From NCBI GenBank assembly GCA_951406725.2, contig OX597827.1, forward strand, positions 64,604,001 through 64,668,000: a stretch of 64,000 bases of DNA. Direction: 5' to 3'. The first letter of the stretch is position 1. Every line of letters starts with the position of its first letter. Positions 28,691-45,140 of this stretch are shown in pieces. The translations under genes were made by a program, and so were the position numbers. The notes beneath the pieces were generated by a model. It was not told the origin of the DNA and did not search any database. It worked only from the letters and a program-made list of their open reading frames with translations. The stretch comes from Octopus vulgaris (lineage: Eukaryota).

Positions 28691-28899
28691 TGATTTCTGC
28701 CCGGTGATAAATAAATTATTTTAATCCCTGCAATATACTTTCGGTAAAATACTGTTATCTACACACAAACACGCACACACATTCATGTGTATACCCATAT
28801 AAACATATATCTGTACACACACACACGGATACATATTTTATATATATATGCAAATTTACTTCATACACACACACATATATGCAGTTTTCCAGCATGGAG

Positions 28900-29017
<118 letters not shown>

Positions 29018-29048
29018 TATATGCATATATATATATATATATACATAC

Positions 29049-29092
<44 letters not shown>

Positions 29093-29115
29093 ATACATAT
29101 ATATATATATATGCA

Positions 29116-29162
<47 letters not shown>

Positions 29163-29392
29163 AGAAGGTTTGAAAATGCAATTTTAAAGATTTTTATTGA
29201 CTTGACCGTTTTCACTTTTTTAGAAAACGATTGTCAAAAGTAAAATGTAAAGCTTTGTATAAGCTTTGTTGTGTTAAATACTGGTTGTCATTCAGTTATA
29301 CATTCTTTGATAATAATAAGAAAATGTTAAAAATAGTTTACAAGGAAGTATTTAAGAAAGTATTCAACAAAAAGTATTAAGAGTTCAATAAA

Positions 29393-29579
29393 AATCATGT
29401 TTGTTTGGTAGTATATATATACACAGAAGGATATGTATTTAAAAATTTACAAAAAAATTGGAGAGGAACTCAGCTCTCTTTCTGACATCTTTCTGTCTTT
29501 CAGTTCCTCTCCAATTTTTTGTAAATTCTTAAATATATCTCATTCTGTGTATATTTATACTACCAAACAAACATGATTT
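29393..29579. repeat. Fold-back, about 85 bp arms
   Basis: aatcatgtttgtttggtagtata...gaggaact / agttcctc...tatactaccaaacaaacatgatt. Confidence 0.88.
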
Positions 29580-30025
29580 GAACTCAGAACGTAGCGGCAG
29601 GCGAAATACCTATTTCTTTACTAACCACGAGAGGCCAAACACAGAGAGGACAAACAAGGACAGGCAAATGGATTAAGTCGATTATATCGACCCCAGTACG
29701 TAACTGGTACTTATTTAATCGATTCCGAAAGGATGAAAGGCAAAGTCGACCTAGGCGGAATTTGAACTCAGAACGTAGCGGCAGACGAAATACCTATTTC
29801 TTTATTACCCACAAGGGGCTAAACATAGAGGAGACAAACATGGACAGACATAGGTATTAAGTCGATTATATCGACCCCAGTGCTTAACTGGTACTTAATT
29901 TATCGACCCCGAAAGGATGAAAGGCAAAGTTGACCTCGGCGGAATTTGAACTCACAACGTAACGGCATACGAAATACCACTAAGCATTTCGCCCGGCATG
30001 CTAGCGTTTCTCCCAGCTCGCCGTC
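29577..30025 (-). mobile_element. Meta-like SINE tandem array (2 units plus start of a third)
   Basis: Junction cgaaatacc|tatttcttta at 29610/29611 and 29794/29795. Confidence 0.88.
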
Positions 30026-30575
30026 TTTGCTAACGTTTATTCAATTTAAACAACAATAATGCACTTTCTAAAACCGAACTATTCATCTCTATTTTTATTC
30101 TTTTCACAAACCATTTTTACTGATAGAGGAGCTTCAATAATTCTTTTTTATTTCTTTCCAACGAAAGTAAACAAAATACGTAACTTAGGCTTCGTCGGTA
30201 TTATGAAGCCATTACATTCGTGATAACAGAAAGATAGCGCCGATTAAGCAGTTCAGTCTTAATAGAAAATGTTGATAATATGTCATAATTTCGTAAGTTG
30301 GTAAAGAAATAAAAAGCAACTATTGTGAAAAAATTTCATTGAACTAGCTGTCACTTTTGACAGCTGAGGGAAATATGTTGAAGAAAATTTTAAAAATTAA
30401 CAATGGAAGTAAACAAATAGCAAGTTTTAATATTTTAAAAGAGGAAAAACATTGATGACTGTTGCATGGAGATCTTGAGATCGTTATAGTAAATTGGAAT
30501 AATAAAATTTCATCAGATCTCTATAGATGTATATATTTATACTTCTAAATATAATGAAATGTATTCATACGTATC

Positions 30576-30683
<108 letters not shown>

Positions 30684-30700
30684 GTCTGTCTGTTTGTGTG

Positions 30701-30759
<59 letters not shown>

Positions 30760-31340
30760 GTCTGTCTTTCTATCTGTCAGTCTTTTTGTCTATCTGCCTG
30801 TGTATATGAACGTATATAAGTGCAATGTATGAGTGTATATGAATGTATGTGAGTGCGGCACTGTAAACGGACATATAAATCAGTATATACATATATGTGT
30901 GTGTGTGTGTGTGCATAAACATTCATACACGCATATATGTATACACACATGCACACATACCCATGCGTGCACGCATACACATATATGTATGTATATGTAC
31001 ATGCATTCGTATATAGTTAGAGTTACATAGTTACATAGATACATTCCGCACGCATTCTCCACACGAATATAAATGGAATATAAAATGAAAGAAATAACAT
31101 CTTCCAGTTATAGATATATTATATATTCTGCGTATACATTTTATTCATGCATATTCTAAGTATTTTCACACATATATGTATAGCAATGATGTATGCACCT
31201 AAATGAACATACATACAGATATATATATATATATATATATACATACATACATATAAATGTATATTTGTATATTTGTGTGTATGTGTGTATGTGTTAATAA
31301 GCATATATATATATATATATATACACATATATACACAGAC

Positions 31341-31388
<48 letters not shown>

Positions 31389-31512
31389 TGTATGTATATA
31401 TAAACATATATATATATACATACGTATGTATGCTTACTTATGAATATGTATTTATATGAATATATATACATGTATATTTGCGTGTCTGTGTGTTTTAATA
31501 ACCTTATGTATA

Positions 31513-31566
<54 letters not shown>

Positions 31567-33047
31567 CAAACACACACGTACAGATGTTCATTTATACACT
31601 AAAATAAATACATATGCATGTATATTAATGTATGTATTAATTTGCATATACATGAATATAGATATTTATATTCATGCATATATACGCGTATATACAAATA
31701 TATATTTATTCGTGCACTCACACTCACTTATATGTGTGAATTATGTATGTACTTGTGTACGTTTATCTGCGTGTGTATGTGTGTCTGTATATGTGTTTTT
31801 GTAATGAAAATTTAAAATACGCAGTAATCCAGATGAAAGGCCGAATAGAGGAAAAAGTAAATAATTAAATATGTAAATGAAAAGCGAAAATTCAACATTA
31901 GTGATGAGATAATAGTAATACTCCCTCCTCTCTCTCTATATATATAAATGTGCAAGTGTGTGTGTGTGTGTGTGTGCGCGCGCGCGCGTGTGTGTGTTGT
32001 GTGTTGAAAGGGGAGGTAAGAACGAAAATCTGAGACAAAAGAAAAGGGAAGAAAATGGGTTGAATATAATGTGTACGAAACGAAAATAGAAAATATCTAG
32101 AACGACACAAAACTGAAGACTCAATTGAAGGATGCATTCACCAACCCATTCAACTCCTTCCTCCTTCCAGAACCACAAACAAATAAATAAAGACACACAC
32201 ATACACAAATTCACACATACATAAAAACAAGAAAACTAAGCCAAACGATCTAAACACGAAATGTAAAATCATGAATAATCTTGAATAAAGGATAGAAGTG
32301 AATAAAGAAGTTTGTGATTAAAATTAAAATGAAAGAAATGAATGAAATAAAAGGACGCAAGAGAGAAAATATTAGTGAAAAGAAAACAAATTATGTTGTA
32401 TGTACCTGTAAATTCTGAAATTTATATAAAATCTGAATGGAGGCGCAGACGTAGGTGTGTGGGCAAGAAGGCTGGTTTCCAAACACGTGGTCTTGGGTTC
32501 AGTCTCATTGCGCGGATCTTTGGCAAGTGTTTCCTATAAGCACGACCAAAGCTTTATGAATTGGATTTTGTAGACAGAATCTGAAAGAATTCGATCGTAT
32601 ATATACAGACATGATACACACACACACATACTATTTTGTAATTATATAATATAATTGCATTAAAGGGTGTTGATAAACCCCACCAACACGCTACAATTAG
32701 AGGCCAAAATGGTTCCAAAAACCACATCTATACTCTGTTAGTACGGGTTGCAAACGGGTAGATGAAAAAGTGAATAAGATGTTTTTGAAAAAAGATGGTT
32801 AATTTTGGATCAATTTCTGGCTCCGGGTTGTAAAACCTCTTGCTGTCTTCAGTACAATATGTCAAAGTATATAGATGCAAATATTTACACATACCCACAC
32901 GAACAACATTTCCGCTCGACTATATACATACATTTACATGTATACACTAGTAAAAATCTAATTTTTTTCTCATCTCAACCACGTGCATTTATTTTCAAAA
33001 TAATCTCGCAGCAATTGCAATTTGATCAGGAGCAAATATATATATTT

Positions 33048-33187
33048 GTTAGTCTAGTACTTATTCTATCGGTCTGTTTTGCCGAACCGCTAAGTTACGG
33101 GGGACGTAAACACCCCAGCATCGGTTGTCAAGCGATATTGGGGGGGGGGGCAAACACAAACACACAAATATATACACATACATACAT

Positions 33188-33234
<47 letters not shown>

Positions 33235-33400
33235 CACATATATACGACGGGCTTCTTTCAGTTTCCATGTACCAAATCCACTCACAAGGCTTTGGTCGGC
33301 CCAAGGCTGTAATAGAAGATACTTGCCCAAGGTGCCAGGCAGTGGGACTGAACCCGGAACCATGTGGTTGGTAAGCAAGCTACTTACCACACAGCCACTC
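33048..33400 (-). mobile_element. CORE-like tRNA SINE, tail missing
   Basis: Collinear with 17000-17359. Confidence 0.83.
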
Positions 33401-33658
33401 CATCGTTAATTAATATTTGTTGTAATATATATATAACTGTGCACACATATAGCACTACCTACCTACCTACCTACCTACCTACCTATCTACCTACCATCCT
33501 TCCTACCTACCTACCTACCTACCTACCTACCTACCTACCTACCTACCTACCTACCTACCTACATACCTACCTACCTACCTACCTACCTACCTACCTACCT
33601 ACCTACTTACCTACCTACCTACCTACGTACCTACGTACCTACGTACCTACGTACCTAC

Positions 33659-33721
<63 letters not shown>

Positions 33722-34654
33722 CTATAATGCACATACTTGTATGCATGTATGTATGTGTTGTATTGTGTCTGTATTTACATGGCGGTGTAGGCTTGCTATA
33801 CTTACGTATATTTGTACATGTACACACACACACACATACACACACGCACACACACACGCACGTTTAACTATTATATATGTACTTTGTATATAGTTCATTG
33901 AAAAGAAAATGACGAAAAATATTATTATTGTTACTATTATCACTGTAAATAGTAATAGCTGTAGTTAGTAGCCGTAACAGCAGCAGTAACAGTAGTAGTA
34001 GTAGTAGTAGTAGCCGTGGTTGCAACGGCAGCATCTGAATTAAGGGCAAGCTAGATTTAATAAAAGCGTCTATACAAATATGGCAATAATAACAAAAAGA
34101 TTGTAATGGAATTGGTGATTTAAATGTATAAATATAATGGCACAAAACTTAATTGTATTGGTCGTGTTTCGTTGTTCCTGTATGTATATAGAATAAAATA
34201 ACAGTACGTATTTAGCTATGTCACGATATCGAATGCAGCAATTGATCGGAGTATAAATGCGGTTTGTATAGCAAGATCGAATTCTCTGTATAGCTGAAGA
34301 CATTTATTCTATACCTAGTATTTTTCTTCTTGAAAATATATTTTATATTTGTTTCATTGAATTTTATTCTTTATTTAGCCATTATCAGTAGTTTTGACTG
34401 ATAAAAGATGTGGAGTACAGGTGGTTGTGGTAAATTGACGGTGGTGTCAGATTTGACTTGTTATCAGCAGATGAAAATCATGGTTCGCGTCTCATCCATA
34501 CGAGGTTTGCCAAAGACCGAAAGTCTTGTCATGATTCGGAACAAATATCTAAGAAATGAGAAATCCGATTTCTCTAAATCTATAAAATCTATAAATATTT
34601 AGAGTAATATATATATACATACATGCATACATACGCACATATATACATACATAT

Positions 34655-34930
34655 ATCACGTGATCACGTGACTGACCAGGTTATCAAATGCTGTTAAACA
34701 ACACTGGTCACAATGCGCTTTTGCATTGTTTTAGCCTTCAAATGATGCCACCCCGCTGGATAGGCGAGCAAGCCAACATTCCCCCCTGATCGAAAGGGGA
34801 CTGCAGTTACGTGAAGTGAAGTGAAGTGTGTGTTTTGCTCAAGATCACAACGCCACCCAGACAGGGAATCGAACCCACGATCTAGCGATCGTGAGTGTAA
34901 CAACCTGATCCCTAGGCCACGCGCCTTCAC
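34655..34930 (-). mobile_element. tRNA-derived SINE
   Basis: Minus strand gcgcgtggcctag...gggttcgattccc head. Confidence 0.7.
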
Positions 34931-35464
34931 ATACACTTATATATGTATGTATCGCGATGCGTAATCATGGAGTTGTGAGTTCGAGTGTCATAGCCGGCCG
35001 CCAACACTTTTTTTTGCAAAATAGGGGTAGCTTATCCTGTTCAGGCTAGATTATTAGCATTATCCTGTGTTTGAGAATTTAAAATCACTTCCTTAACTTT
35101 CTAAGACATCTCAACGCTTCTAGAGTAAACTTCGTTTGCTTGTTTACATTCATCGTAATTTGAATTTATATATATATATATAGATATATGCACATACACA
35201 CTCACACATATAAATGTGTTATTTTATTTATACACACTTCCCGGCTCTGGGTTCAAATTCTGCCGAGGTCATCTCTGCTATTTATTCTTCCGCGGTCGAT
35301 AAAATACTGGGGCCCATGTAATCGATTTCGCTCCTCCCTTCAAAAATCGCTGGCGCTGTAACAAAGTTCGAAACCATTATATATATATATATATATATAT
35401 AGCAATAATGATCTACTTGCGTCGATGGCTGGGTGCGTGTCTATGTATATAAATATATATGTGC

Positions 35465-35526
<62 letters not shown>

Positions 35527-35921
35527 TGTAAACACCTCAGAAACAGGAAAATCTTCTATCATCATGATGTATACAAGACGAAACAAAATTCAAATGTGTA
35601 CTGTGTTTTGATTGCAGGTGCAGAATTGTTTTCACGATTAACACCTTCCGAAAAATGTTCAATGATAAGAATATGAAACACGTAGCAACGGAATTATGAC
35701 ACTTTGAAATAAGTAATTACTCTAAGATATTGAGATTTCTTTTAATTCTTCGTGTACTTCTGTGTACGAAGTCTTACATTCTACCTACCACATTATGAAT
35801 TTTTCCCAGCTTACGCTAAACACTTTATAGATATTTTCTTCTATTTTTTCCAGAGTGTAAACCTAATACACGCTGTTTCTTTACCTTTCCTATGTGCTAT
35901 TTACAATTTTCCGTCATAATG

Positions 35922-36046
<125 letters not shown>

Positions 36047-36089
36047 TTGCGAAGATAATCGGTACTTGACTGAGGAAAGAAAACTTCGA

Positions 36090-36155
36090 GTGCTGCCATG
36101 TGTTGGTGCGCTACAGAACTACTCCGGTATCTTTTTTATACCACCTCGTACTTAC

Positions 36156-36186
<31 letters not shown>

Positions 36187-36317
36187 CGTATGTATGTATG
36201 TATGTATGTATGTATGTATGTATATATATATATATGCATATATATATATATATAGTGTGCTGCCATGTGTTGGTGCGCTACAGAACTACTCCGGTATCTT
36301 TTTTATACCACCTCGTA
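36090..36317 (-). mobile_element. Two tandem inverted copies of the 60 bp left end of the adjacent mariner
   Basis: 36090-36150 and 36258-36317 are reverse complements of about 36416-36478. Confidence 0.85.
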
Positions 36318-36322
36318 CTTAC

Positions 36323-36357
<35 letters not shown>

Positions 36358-36417
36358 TGTATGTATATATATATATGCATATATTTATGTATACATATAT
36401 ACATTTATATGTAAGTA

Positions 36418-37365
36418 CGAGGCCTTATAAAAAAAGATACCGGATTAGTTCTGTAGCGCGCCAACAGATGGCAGCGCACGGCTGCATGCGAAGTGAGGTC
36501 TATCAGCGATCATCATGAAGGCCTGCCAAGTGACACTGCTGTGCTTACTTCACATGTGGAATTTGTGTTTTTGTGATCACGTGTATGCTGTAGTCTGCTA
36601 TTTTTTCATGGACAGGAAGGAAGAGCCAACGTGAAAGTTTTCGTTAAACTCGAGAAGTCTGCCACAGAGATATTGAGCATGCTTTAGTAAGCTTACAGCG
36701 ACGAGACAATTGGTCGTACACAATTTTTGGAGTGTCACAGGCTCTTGAAAAGCGGGAGAATGTCCCAGGAAGATTATGAGTGATCTGGAAGAAATACCTC
36801 GATCGTCACCTCCGAAAAATGTGATGAAATCCATCAGCTTGTACATGAGAATCATCGGAGACAATCAACGACGTTTTGAACGACGTTTTGTTACTGAAAC
36901 GACGTTTTGAACGACGTTTTGTTACTGAAACGACGTTTTGAACGACGTTTTGAACCATTTGAACCATTCGGCGATATTGACCAGATCTGCCGTACACGAA
37001 GTATTGGATTCTTACCGGCGACAATACACTCTGTTACCGAGCTCTCCTCATTGGTATCGTTTATGCACCTGACATATTTTGCCTGGTTTAGCACGGCAGA
37101 CTTCCATCATTTCCCTGAGGATGAAAACGCAGCACAAATGTCACTGTTTGAACATCGTTGTGGAGATCCAGAGCGAATCGCCTAAGGTCCTCGACTCGCT
37201 TACGAAAAATGACTTCGAGGCCGGATTCTAAAAGTGGCAAGAAAGCTAGGACCGGTGTATATATGCGCAAGGTGACTATTTCGAAGAAGTGGATGTTAAA
37301 ACATAGGTAAATAAGTTACTTTTTATTAAACATAACTAACTCTGGAAACTTTTGATACCACCTCC
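36418..37365 (+). mobile_element. Mariner transposon, internally deleted, with TIRs and TA flanks
   Basis: TA|cgagg..tataaaaaaag and cttttgataccacctcc|TA; FVKLEKSATEILSML N-terminus; ADF..FP.MK and AQGDYFE C-terminus; internal aacgacgttttg tandem repeats at 36866-36960. Confidence 0.85.
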
Positions 37366-37661
37366 TATATATGTATGTGTGTATGTATGTATTATGTATA
37401 TATGTATGTATGTACGTATATATGTATGTATGTAAGTATGTCTACACAAATACAAACACACACATATGTATATAAACTACATACTTTCTGTATGTATCTG
37501 AGTATAATGAAAACCAATTTAAAATGATCAAGGAGAAACGAAATTCTGTTTGCTGTCGTTCAGACATGGGACATCGCTTACGAGAAAGTGGTTTGATTCA
37601 CACACACATACACAAAAATGTAATTATACCTAAGTAAATATCTATCTGTCTGTCTGTCTGT

Positions 37662-37785
<124 letters not shown>

Positions 37786-37832
37786 TTATCTATGTATCTA
37801 TATATCTATCAGTTCATATAATATATATATAC

Positions 37833-37875
<43 letters not shown>

Positions 37876-37920
37876 TATATGTATACATGTATGCATACAT
37901 ATATATTCATACATATATGT

Positions 37921-37968
<48 letters not shown>

Positions 37969-37997
37969 GTATATGTATATATATATGTATATATACA

Positions 37998-38036
<39 letters not shown>

Positions 38037-38078
38037 CATATATAAAATTATATATGCATATGTAATTACATAGATTTG

Positions 38079-38128
<50 letters not shown>

Positions 38129-38246
38129 GATAAATCTCAATAATGAAGAGACAAAAACGATTACACATGACATATATATATATATGTATATATATAGATA
38201 TATACGTGTGTATATGTATTTGTATATATATACACATATATGTATG

Positions 38247-38282
<36 letters not shown>

Positions 38283-38475
38283 CATATAGTTGTAAATATA
38301 TATTTGTAAATTATATATAAATACCGATAGATATATAAGTCTAGACTGTTTCCGCACACGTATACATGCATTCAAATACACATATATATATATATTTACG
38401 TATATATGCATGTATAAGTAAATACATATATATACATATTACTTCCCGGAACTGTTACTGTATTTCTCTCGCTCG

Positions 38476-38600
<125 letters not shown>

Positions 38601-38659
38601 AAATAAGTATATGTGTATATATATGTATATGTATATGTGTATATGTATATATGTATATA

Positions 38660-38690
<31 letters not shown>

Positions 38691-39015
38691 GCATATGTAT
38701 GTATGTATGAATATATATATATGTATGTATATGTATGTATATGTATGTATGAATATATACCTCAGTGCGTGAATACATATTCGCACATGCATGTATATAC
38801 GATGCCGAATAAATTTAAACTAACTAATTAATGAGAAAGTGAAATATAAAAGTTTTGGAGGTACATTATGCATAGTTTCCGTTAGAATGATTTCGAAATT
38901 GATTGACTAGAAAAGTTGAATAACGCGCGCACACACGCGCGCACACACACAGACACACAGACACACACACGTTTGTATATGTATATATGTATGCATTAGT
39001 ATATATATGTATGCC

Positions 39016-39074
<59 letters not shown>

Positions 39075-39093
39075 AATACAATTATATATATAC

Positions 39094-39177
<84 letters not shown>

Positions 39178-39253
39178 TTGCGAATATATAATTTTAACGC
39201 ACTTAGCTTTCTATCTTTGAGTCGGATATGTAGGTATGTTACTGAAAATTTCT

Positions 39254-39303
<50 letters not shown>

Positions 39304-39443
39304 AACACATACACACAAATATTTATCACGCACGCTGAAACACACACACACACACATATATATATATATGTACATAGATACATACATATAAACGCACATG
39401 TATATATACATATGCATATCCAATGTCACATACATTGACGTGT

Positions 39444-39485
<42 letters not shown>

Positions 39486-39555
39486 ATTCTGCATTCATTT
39501 ACCTATAAGCATCAAGTATGTCAGTATCTGTTTGTGTAAGTGTTTTTTACATTTT

Positions 39556-39622
<67 letters not shown>

Positions 39623-39890
39623 CATGTGTGTATTTACTTGTGTGACTATACGTAGATGTGTTTAAAACAAATATCATTCTTGAATTAATCCAATTAAAAT
39701 GTCTAGTAAAGCTGTTGCGATTTTATTTCATACATGTTGATTAAATTGACTTCTCCCTTTATACTTATCAGCTACAATCTAAATATATCCGTAAACTTTT
39801 CCGTTGTCAGTATATCTGAAAACTCTCACACTCTTTCAGTCTTTCTGCTTCTTTATGTATATGTATATATTTACAAGTATGTATATATAT

Positions 39891-39972
<82 letters not shown>

Positions 39973-40403
39973 ATACATATGTATATATATATACATATAT
40001 ACAGCGTGCGATGGATAAATTGACGCCATTTATACTTTTAATTTCGAGCGTGTCTATTACTTGCTTTTAATTTTGTCGGCTACACAGTATTGTAGGGTAA
40101 GTTAGGCACCGTCTGTGACAAAAACAGCACTAAGACGCAATTCACTCTTCCAAGAATTTGGAAACGACATGCGGTACTACTTGGTACTCGCGCCGGAAGC
40201 TCTAATATGAACATTTCAGAGTTTTTGGTATCCATCTGAGGGTTTCAGTGCAATCTGAGGACATGTAACGAGATACTTATTCATCAGACCTCATACACCC
40301 CCACACATATACCTATATACATCAGCTCATTCGCAGCGCTAATGCATATATATGATATATATATATAACAAGAACAACAGTAATAATAATAATAATAATA
40401 ATA

Positions 40404-40469
<66 letters not shown>

Positions 40470-40480
40470 GTAATAATAAT

Positions 40481-40830
40481 AATATTGTTGTATTGAGGAA
40501 TGGTCATTTTGCTAGTTTAGCCAATAAAAACACACGCGCTATATATTTGGTGTTATTTGCTTCAGCGTTATTTATTTTTTACATTCATCTTAATCTTATT
40601 TCGGCCAGAGTTCTTTCGTCACACTTCCGTGACCTCACCAATAAGAGAGAAGAAAGAAAAGGACCACTGATGATGTCAGAGAAGTGTGGCGAAAGAACTC
40701 TGGTCGAAATATGATTAAGATTAATGTAAAAAAATAAATAACACTGAAGCAAAGTAACACCATATATATAGTGCGTGTGTTTTTATTGGCTAAACTGGCA
40801 AAATGACCATTCCTAAATACAACAATATCT
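40481..40830. repeat. Fold-back element (about 160 bp arms) between (TAA)n tracts
   Basis: atattgttgtatt..aggaatggtcattttg / caaaatgaccattcct..aatacaacaatat. Confidence 0.9.
40662..40705 (+). ncRNA. Minimal hammerhead motif with intact core
   Basis: gacca-CTGATGA-t-GTCA gagaagtg TGGC-GAAA-gaac-TC-tggtc (5 bp stem I). Confidence 0.82.
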
Positions 40831-40981
40831 GTTTCAACACACGATTTCACATAAAAAATCTTGCAAAACAAATATATAAACGTAATAATAATAATCATCA
40901 TCATCATCATCATTATCATAATAATAATAATATTGATAATAATATTAATACATACATACCTACATACATACATACGTGCAT

Positions 40982-41027
<46 letters not shown>

Positions 41028-42032
41028 ATGTATGTATATGTATAACAAATATGTAACAAAGATGTCCAGGTATCAGTGCATTACGGCCGTTTCAAGCAGC
41101 TCCATTTTATCGATCATTGCAATCATGACATCAACTTCAAATAGTCCGCTCTCCTCGGATGTGAACAACTATATAGATTTCCAACCTAAACTTATTGCTT
41201 CTTTTGGCAATTATTGCAACAGAATGAATTTAAGGGAAAATATCGAAAACCTACTATGATTTAGAGTAACAGAAGGAAATAATGGGGGTCAATAAAGAGG
41301 AATAGTGATATAGCTACTTTCATTTTTATCCTTATCACTTTCAACAGACCCAATGCAGCAAGTAGTCAACGTCCCCTTAGAATTAAAGCCATTGGGAATT
41401 GACAGTTAAGTTCTCGCTGTTGGCAATAAATTAATGAATGTCAGAGACTCTTCTTTACTCCAATTTCACTATGACCATAAAATCAGCCATACCTACAGAA
41501 TAGAATATGTCTCAGAAGATGCTAGTAAGATAGTGATATAAAGACGAGGTGATAACCAGAAAGAGGAGGGGAACGGATGGCTTGACTTATTATGATTATC
41601 AACTAAAGGGGCCTAAAATGGAAAACAAAGGAGGTCACATTGAGATCTAGGTGTGGGAATTAGGAATACGGGGGTGAATGTGCCTCTAAACTTAGTAAAA
41701 TTTATCTATGAAGATATTAAAATTTAGAAGAGGATTTAAGGACGAAGTAAGAGAAGAAGCATAGATAAAACAATCTAAGCAATATGAGTGGGGTACCTTT
41801 ATATAGGAGTGGGGTACTTTTATGTAAAAAGAAACCTAATAATGCTTATTTCTGTCATAATGCCATGATAAACTATTCAACAATGAATATATTATAAAAT
41901 TCAGATATCATTCGAGTAGAGGTATGCACTTTATATTCAATCAGAACCAAAGATTAAGGGCTAAAAAATAAAATAAATATTTCTATAACAGGTACACTTA
42001 CTAAAAGAAAACCCTTGGAAAATTATACATAC

Positions 42033-42082
<50 letters not shown>

Positions 42083-42130
42083 TATATATATATATATAAA
42101 TATAAATATATATATGTATATAAATATAAA

Positions 42131-42162
<32 letters not shown>

Positions 42163-42219
42163 AATAAGTTACCAACATTTTGAAAAATCTGTAAGGATAT
42201 TAAAAGGTATAAGAATACC

Positions 42220-42273
<54 letters not shown>

Positions 42274-42517
42274 ATTAAAATAATGAGGGTAGAAATTGAT
42301 ATCAATCAATAAACATCAATTTAAACCAGTGGTCTAGCATATTAAAAAAATCCGGAGATTTAAAAATTATATTACAGTTAAGAAAGGGAATAACCACTAA
42401 AGTGGATTCCTATACGTTAGAGATAGACCTCAAATCGCCTTACCACAAAGAGTGTGTTCTCAAGAAAAAAACCCCCAGCAAACGCCAGAATTTAGTGGTC
42501 ATTCCTCTTACTAATTG

Positions 42518-42552
<35 letters not shown>

Positions 42553-43391
42553 GTATTTACTGTAATTATATAATATTGAATTGATCTTTTTCTATTTCAA
42601 TTATTACAATGTTTTTTTTCTTATAAATTACACACATACAGGAGGAGTAAACCTATATATATAATAAGACTTTGAATGTGGCTTCTATGAAAGAGTAAAA
42701 GTAATTACCCGATCAACCACGGGTATTACTGCTAGTATAATATAAGATAAAAGTATAAATAAAATAAAATAATGCAGAATAAACGGAAAAAAATTGTAGA
42801 AAATTCCAATGAAGGATTTATAAAATGAAAAAAGAATACAGAAAGACACAAAGATAAAAATTTTACATTGTGAAATGCCATAAAATATGTACCGGATATA
42901 AAAGGGGAGATTTAAATTAAAAAATAAGAAGAAGTCAAGGTATTCATAACAATAGTTAATTAAAGCATAACTAATAAATAAATAAAAAAATAAAATGAAG
43001 ATACCATTGGAAATGGTTTCATAAGATACTTTGCAAGATATATTATTACAGGCACAGATGTGTACAGAATCATATCAGTACTTTGGGGATATTAATTATA
43101 CTTAAAGGGAGGCGTAGGATCTGGTAATCTATTGTAAATATACTTAATATAACTGATAGGGAAGAAACTCTTTGAACCAAAGGGGAATAGTGTAATTTAA
43201 GTATAGGAGGAATGCAGATTAAACATGTAGGGGTTATAAGAGGGCAATATTACATAAAATTCCATAGAATAGAAGGTATGATATGAAAGATATAACACCC
43301 CAGATAACTTCTGTCACCAAATTACTGTGTGATATGTATAATATTATTTCTTTCTAATTTTCCATACAATATACTACGAATCCATATCGGT

Positions 43392-43547
<156 letters not shown>

Positions 43548-43750
43548 CATATACATATACATATATATATATATATACATATATATACATACATAAATAT
43601 ATATATATATCTATATATATATATATATCCGTAATAATGAAGGGTGAAATTAATTAATTTGGAATAATTATCAATTACACCAAGTAGTCTTCGGCATGTA
43701 AAAGCCTCATTCATTACCATTGCTTAGTATTACTTTATTGCTTAGTATTA

Positions 43751-43822
<72 letters not shown>

Positions 43823-43828
43823 TATATA

Positions 43829-43882
<54 letters not shown>

Positions 43883-43952
43883 TATACATACATATATATA
43901 TATATATGTATATACATATATATATATATATAGACATATAGAAACACACATA

Positions 43953-44352
43953 TACCGGAATACCACTTGCTAGAAATGGGAATTAACACTTCAAAGCCGC
44001 GAATTTCCCACCATTAAGAAACACGCACGGCTAATGTAAGGAATATAATAAAAATAGGCCTTACATTGTATAAACCACAAAGCAAGAACAGATATCTTGG
44101 TATCAATTGATATCACCTTTTGTATGTTAGCACTTAAGGATCGTTAGCCAAACTTATTGTATGCATCTACTTTTCAAAATATTCATTTCATTATACTGTG
44201 CGAACTTATTCATTTGAATGTCCCCGCGACATTCAAAGGCGAAGATGAACTGAGTAAGTACATTCGTTAGATTCACCCTCTGTGTTTCTTAACAGTGAGA
44301 AATTTGTGGCTTTGGAGTGTTAAAAACTATTTCTAGTAAGTGGTATTCTGGT
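43953..44352. repeat. Diverged fold-back element next to (TA)n
   Basis: taccggaataccacttgctagaaat..aacacttcaaagcc / ggctttggagtgtt..atttctagtaagtggtattctggta. Confidence 0.75.
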
Positions 44353-44438
44353 ACACTAATTTATTTATATGATTTACCTATTTAGATTAAACTTGCGGGG
44401 CAACTTTATTATTATTGTTATTTTTAATAATGGTAATA

Positions 44439-44513
<75 letters not shown>

Positions 44514-44829
44514 CTATATGTATATGCATATATATATATATGTATATAATACATTAATAAATAAAACATATGCATATTACATACATATATGTACGTACCT
44601 ACCTCTACATGTATATATACATGCATAATGGGTACAGGACACCAAAAAAAAAAAACGTCGAACACAATGAGAAACGAAAACATAAACACAAAACCAAGGA
44701 CATTTTTCTTAAACAACGAAAGAATAGAGTACAGGACGTACAACACAAAGAAAATTCACCTTCTTTAGCCGCCTCTGTTTCATCTACTCCGCTTTTCGAA
44801 GGTATACATATATATATATATATGTATAC

Positions 44830-44969
<140 letters not shown>

Positions 44970-45095
44970 AAGCGGAGATGTGGCTGTGTGGTAAGAAGCT
45001 TGCTTAATGATCACATGGATCCAGGTTCAGTGCCACTGTGTGGCACGTTGGGCAAGTGTATTCTACTATGGCCTTGGACCACCCAAAGCCTTGTG

Positions 45096-45140
<45 letters not shown>

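Noticed and set aside
29393-29579. MITE or pre-miRNA interpretation of this and the other fold-backs
   Set aside because: No consistent TSD/TIR signature, unequal arm ends in several and hammerheads in many. This one has no ribozyme, so its origin stays unassigned
36866-36960. Short regularly spaced repeats, superficially CRISPR-like
   Set aside because: No unique spacers; tandem duplication inside a mariner in eukaryotic DNA
43680-43718. Minus-strand GAATGA-ggc..gcc-GAAG motif
   Set aside because: Core too degenerate and no stem I
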